Shown piece after piece: positions 60,585 through 64,000 of a DNA stretch of 64,000 nt. Both the position numbers and the translations under genes were made by a program. The stretch lies in NCBI GenBank assembly GCA_963748625.1, contig CAVVJT010000010.1:736001-800000 (forward strand), in the 5' to 3' direction. This DNA comes from an uncultured Chloroflexia bacterium (lineage in GTDB: Bacteria > Chloroflexota > Limnocylindria > Limnocylindrales > CSP1-4). Numbering within the stretch: the stretch's first letter is position 1; every line of letters begins with the position of its first letter. Below the pieces are notes generated by a model, which worked only from the letters and a program-made list of their open reading frames with translations, was not told the DNA's origin and made no database searches.

Positions 60585-61433
60585 ATGACCACGCCCCCGG
60601 GGCCCGATCCCAGCCTGCGCGCGGCCCGCCGCCAGCTCCTGCTCGACACGGCCGGGATCGTCGCGTCGATCGTCGCCTTCGGCTTCGTCTTCGGTCTCGC
60701 CGCCAAGGAGGCCGGCCTCTCGCCCATCGAGGCGAGCGCGATGAGCCTCTTGTGCTTCGCCGGGGCGGCGCAGTTCGCGGCGGTGGGCTATGTCGCGGCC
60801 GGGCTGCCGTGGCTGCCGATCGTCGTCCTCACGGCGGCCCTCAACGCCCGCCATCTCCTCTACAGCGCGAGCCTTGCGCCGGGTCTCCGACGCGTCGCCT
60901 CCCGTCCGCACCGCGCGTTCATGGCCCACTTCCTGACCGACGAGGCATTCGCGCTGACCGCGGCGCACTTCCACCGGCTCGGCGCACCGGATGCGCTCGG
61001 CTACTGGATCGCGGCGGTGGTGGGCGTCTTCATCCCCTGGAACCTCGCGACGATCGCCGGGGTGCTGCTCGGCGGCGCCATCCTGGAACCACGGCAGCTC
61101 GGCCTGGACATCGTGTTCCCGGCGGCGATGGCGGGGCTGGCCGTCGGCCTGGTCACGGGCCGGCGGGAGCTGGTTGCGGCGGGCGCGGGCGGGGCGCTGG
61201 GCGTCGTGGCCTCGCTGGTCCTCGGGCCTGGCGTCGGGATCGTCGTCGGCGGGCTGTTGGGGCCGCTGGCCGGGATGGCGGTGCCGGAAGGGCGAGTGCA
61301 CCTGTCGCCTGAGTCCGACGTGAGCGGGCAACCCGTGGACATCGACCTCGCGGTGGCCGAGGCCGGATCGCTCGATGCTGCTGGGACCGTGGCACCACAG
61401 GCTGCCGAAGCGTCGCCGGAGCGGCCATCGTGA
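60585..61433 (+). CDS. azlC: AzlC-family branched-chain amino acid exporter
   Basis: Motifs FAGAAQF, LNARHLLYS, LTDEAFA and LGLD. Confidence 0.9.
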   Translation: MTTPPGPDPSLRAARRQLLLDTAGIVASIVAFGFVFGLAAKEAGLSPIEASAMSLLCFAGAAQFAAVGYVAAGLPWLPIVVLTAALNARHLLYSASLAPGLRRVASRPHRAFMAHFLTDEAFALTAAHFHRLGAPDALGYWIAAVVGVFIPWNLATIAGVLLGGAILEPRQLGLDIVFPAAMAGLAVGLVTGRRELVAAGAGGALGVVASLVLGPGVGIVVGGLLGPLAGMAVPEGRVHLSPESDVSGQPVDIDLAVAEAGSLDAAGTVAPQAAEASPERPS

Positions 61434-61762
61434 GCACGGAGCTCGTGGCCCTCGCCGCGCTGATGATGGTCGTGACGTACCCGTCGCGCGCCCTGCCCCT
61501 CCTGGCGCCCGGCATCGAACGGTTGCCGCCGAAGGCCCTGCTCTACCTGCGCCTCGTAGGTCCTGCCGTGCTGGCGTCCCTCGCGGCGGCGAACACGCTG
61601 GTGGCCCCGACGGCGGAAGGCGGATACTCCATGCACGTCGGCGTGGACGCGCTCGGAGTGCTGCTGTGTGTCGTCCTTGTCGCGTGGCGGCGCAACCTGT
61701 TCCTGGGGCTCTTCGCGGGGGTGCTGCTCGTGGCCGTCCTTCGGGTGCTCGGCGCGGCCTGA
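61430..61762 (+). CDS. azlD: AzlD-domain protein
   Basis: VTYPSRALP..LRLVGPAVLASL; overlaps the azlC stop. Confidence 0.85.
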   Translation: MSTELVALAALMMVVTYPSRALPLLAPGIERLPPKALLYLRLVGPAVLASLAAANTLVAPTAEGGYSMHVGVDALGVLLCVVLVAWRRNLFLGLFAGVLLVAVLRVLGAA

Positions 61763-61790
61763 TGGGCCGTGGGCATGGCAGGCGCGCTGG

Positions 61791-61980
61791 CCCCGGATCT
61801 CATTCCTCTGCGGATCGAATCGGCCAACGATCCCCGTGGGGATGAGATCCGCCCCGGCCGTGCGGAGGTCGCGCACCGAACCCCAGGTTCAGGGTCCGAA
61901 CCCTGCACGGACCGCCGCGATTCGATCCCTGCGGGGATTAGTCGGCGATTCCATCCGTGTGCGGATGAGATCCGGCCTCG
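61791..61980 (+). repeat. ~190-bp palindromic intergenic element, copy 2
   Basis: Inverted copy of 40291-40480, lying between convergent genes. Confidence 0.88.
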
Positions 61981-62056
61981 AGTGCGAGGATCAGGGCCGA
62001 ACCCGACGTTGGCGGCCGGACGCGTCGCCGGGCGCCGGACCTCAGATCGGGCGTGG

Positions 62057-62443
62057 TCAGGCGCGGCGCGCCTCTGCCTCGATCTCCACCAGCAGTGTCG
62101 GCTCGATCAGGCGGGCCACCACGACCAGCGTGGCCGCCGGCCGGACATGCCTGAACACCTCGCCATGGACCGCCACCACGGCGTCGGCGTCGGCCGGATC
62201 AACGATGTACATCCGGGTGCGCACGACCTCCTCGAGCGCGAAGCCGGCCTGACCAAGCGCACCTTCGATGATGGCGAGTGCCGCCCGGGCCTGCGCGGCG
62301 GCATCACCCGGATGCAGCGAGCCGCCGCCGGGACCCGCGTCCGTCGTGCCTGCGACGAAGCAGGCGTCGCCCACCGCAACCGCGCGCGAGTAGCCGCCTG
62401 CGGCCTCCCACGGGCCGCCCGAGGTGACGTGCCGGCGGCTCAC
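62057..62443 (-). CDS. Rid (YjgF/RidA) family protein
   Basis: Motifs SGGPWE..GYSRAV, VAGTT, VVRTRMY, RPAAT and LVEIEAEA. Confidence 0.9.
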   Translation of the reverse strand: MSRRHVTSGGPWEAAGGYSRAVAVGDACFVAGTTDAGPGGGSLHPGDAAAQARAALAIIEGALGQAGFALEEVVRTRMYIVDPADADAVVAVHGEVFRHVRPAATLVVVARLIEPTLLVEIEAEARRA

Positions 62444-63729
62444 CGTGCACCCGCCGCGCCCGTTGCGCCCGTTGCGCTCGCGGCACCCGCCGTCCGCGCC
62501 TCGCGCTCCGCACGCCAGCCGGCAATCTCCGGGTCGCGTCCGATCGTCGCGATCAGGCCGGCGAGCAGCACCGTCCGCGGCACGATCGAGGCGACCTCCA
62601 GGTACTCCTGGGGCGAGTGGTCCATCCCGCCGATCGGTCCGAGCCCGTCGATCGTGGGCACGCCCATGCCCGCCGTCGTGTTCGCATCCGAGGCCCCGCC
62701 GGTCGCGGCGTCGCGCAGGTCGATGCCCAACGCCGCCGCGAGCCCGATCGCATGATCCACCAGCCTGCCCGAGCGCTCCAGCTTCTCCATCGGCCAGTGT
62801 CGCCCAGTCTGCTCGGCCGCCACGGTCACGTCGGGCACCAGGCGCGGCACGAGGATCTCGGCAATCGCGGCCTCGACCGCCTCGAGCCCTTCGCGGGTGA
62901 CCGCCCGCACATCCACCTCCAGCGAGCAGCGCTCGGCGACGACGTTCGGGCGCGTGCCGCCCTCGATCACGCCCACGTTCACCGTCACGCCCGCCCACCG
63001 CCCGTTCAGGGCATGCAGGTCCAGCGTGATCCGGGCCGCCTCGAGCACAGCGCTGCGGCCTTTCTCCGGCTCCACGCCCGCATGTGCGGCGCGCCCGTTG
63101 ACCGACACGATGAGATCGAGCGTGCCCTTGCGCGAGGACACGATGTCGCCGTTGGCCCGCGCGCACTCGAAGACCAGGCACGCGTCGGCATCCTTGGCCA
63201 GGCGCCGGATGTGGGGCGTTGACACCGGCGAGCCGATCTCCTCGTCAGGGTTGGCCACGAAGACGAGACGCGCCAGCGGCAGCCCGCCAAGTGCCTCGCG
63301 GACCGCCGAGATCGCGTAGAGGCCGGTCAGCAGGCCGGACTTCATGTCGGTGACGCCGGGTCCGGTGGCGATGCCACCCTGGATCGAGAACGGCCGCTCC
63401 AGGACGGTCCCTGGATCGAAGACGGTATCCATGTGCCCGATGCACAGGAGCGTCGGGCCGTCCGGCTGCGTGCCCCGGAACTCCGCCACGACCGTCTCGC
63501 CGAGGTCCTGGTCGTTGGCGTAGCCGCACACCGAGGACGCACCCATCGCGCGCAGGTGCTCCATCGTCCAGCGGCCGATGATGTCCACGCCCGACTTCGT
63601 GTACGAGCCGCAGTCGGTGTTGACCAGCCGCTCGAGGTCGGCCATGTAGGCGTCGTGAGTGCGCTCGACGACCTCGCGCAGGGCGGCGATCTCCTCGAGC
63701 GTGACAAGCGTGGGGTCGAAGGCTGGCAT
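62440..63729 (-). CDS. M20 metallopeptidase (carboxypeptidase G2-like)
   Basis: Motifs GHMDTVF, GPGVTDMKSG, DEEIGS, GRAAHAG, GGASD and HSPQEY. Confidence 0.92.
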   Translation of the reverse strand: MPAFDPTLVTLEEIAALREVVERTHDAYMADLERLVNTDCGSYTKSGVDIIGRWTMEHLRAMGASSVCGYANDQDLGETVVAEFRGTQPDGPTLLCIGHMDTVFDPGTVLERPFSIQGGIATGPGVTDMKSGLLTGLYAISAVREALGGLPLARLVFVANPDEEIGSPVSTPHIRRLAKDADACLVFECARANGDIVSSRKGTLDLIVSVNGRAAHAGVEPEKGRSAVLEAARITLDLHALNGRWAGVTVNVGVIEGGTRPNVVAERCSLEVDVRAVTREGLEAVEAAIAEILVPRLVPDVTVAAEQTGRHWPMEKLERSGRLVDHAIGLAAALGIDLRDAATGGASDANTTAGMGVPTIDGLGPIGGMDHSPQEYLEVASIVPRTVLLAGLIATIGRDPEIAGWRAEREARTAGAASATGATGAAGAR

Positions 63730-63892
63730 GCGGGAGAGGGTACCGCGCGCGGGTCTGCACAGCCCGAGCGCATCGGGGAGCCGCTGCGCAGCCCGAGCGC
63801 ATCGTGGGCCGGTTGCACCGACCGAACCCGCCGCCGATCCGCTGCGCAACCCCCCGACGGGCCGGTCCGTCGCTCGGTAGAGTGTCCGGACC

Positions 63893-64000
63893 GTGCGACT
63901 CGTCGAGATTCGGCTCCTGGAGGGTCCCAACGTCTACCGGCTCATGCCGGTGGTCAAGGTTGAGGTTGCCGTCGGGCGGGCGCGGGTCTGGAAGGGGTCG
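63893..64000 (+). CDS. 5' fragment of a cyanophycin synthetase N-terminal-like/Mur-ligase-type gene
   Basis: MRLVEIRLLEGPNVYRLMPVVKVEV resembles the CphA start (..IRVLRGPN). The gene is cut by the window end. Confidence 0.5.
   Translation, partial: MRLVEIRLLEGPNVYRLMPVVKVEVAVGRARVWKGS

Noticed and set aside
1-64000. Numerous long Arg/Pro/Gly-rich ORFs antisense to or overlapping real genes
   Set aside because: These are shadow ORFs expected at this GC content. They have no motifs, and each overlaps a well-supported gene.

Overview
This is a very GC-rich bacterial window, mostly housekeeping genes. The lineage is probably Chloroflexota (Limnocylindria/Ellin6529-like); this is inferred from the T-box, class I LysRS, H+-PPase and gene style, not from a search. 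In order, it contains: the trpEGDC operon under a complete Trp T-box riboswitch; a heliorhodopsin at the end of a co-oriented run (PlsY-like protein, MacB/FtsX-type permease, membrane-fusion protein, lipoprotein); tRNA-Ser(TGA); a three-gene module (QRxxGN-leader gluzincin-like protein, coupled small gene, stand-alone QRxxGN peptide); an orphan ABC ATPase; serS, class I lysS and greA; a DeoR-controlled GH4/SIS/PfkB/amidohydrolase sugar-use cluster; argR, uppP, hppA, lepB, a degenerate antiporter-like subunit, ndk and an M16 peptidase; a BMP nucleoside ABC transporter; coaX-coaBC-panB-panC; gdhA, DegV, ggt, azlCD, Rid and an M20 peptidase. A ~190-bp palindromic non-coding element occurs twice in inverted orientation, and about nine genes look leaderless. 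Many single-base frameshifts, mostly between 32.9 and 45.3 kb, are most likely assembly errors. The best novelty candidates are the QRxxGN/gluzincin module, the heliorhodopsin-exporter run and the REPIN-like repeat. All product calls come from motif recognition by eye; no database searches were run.
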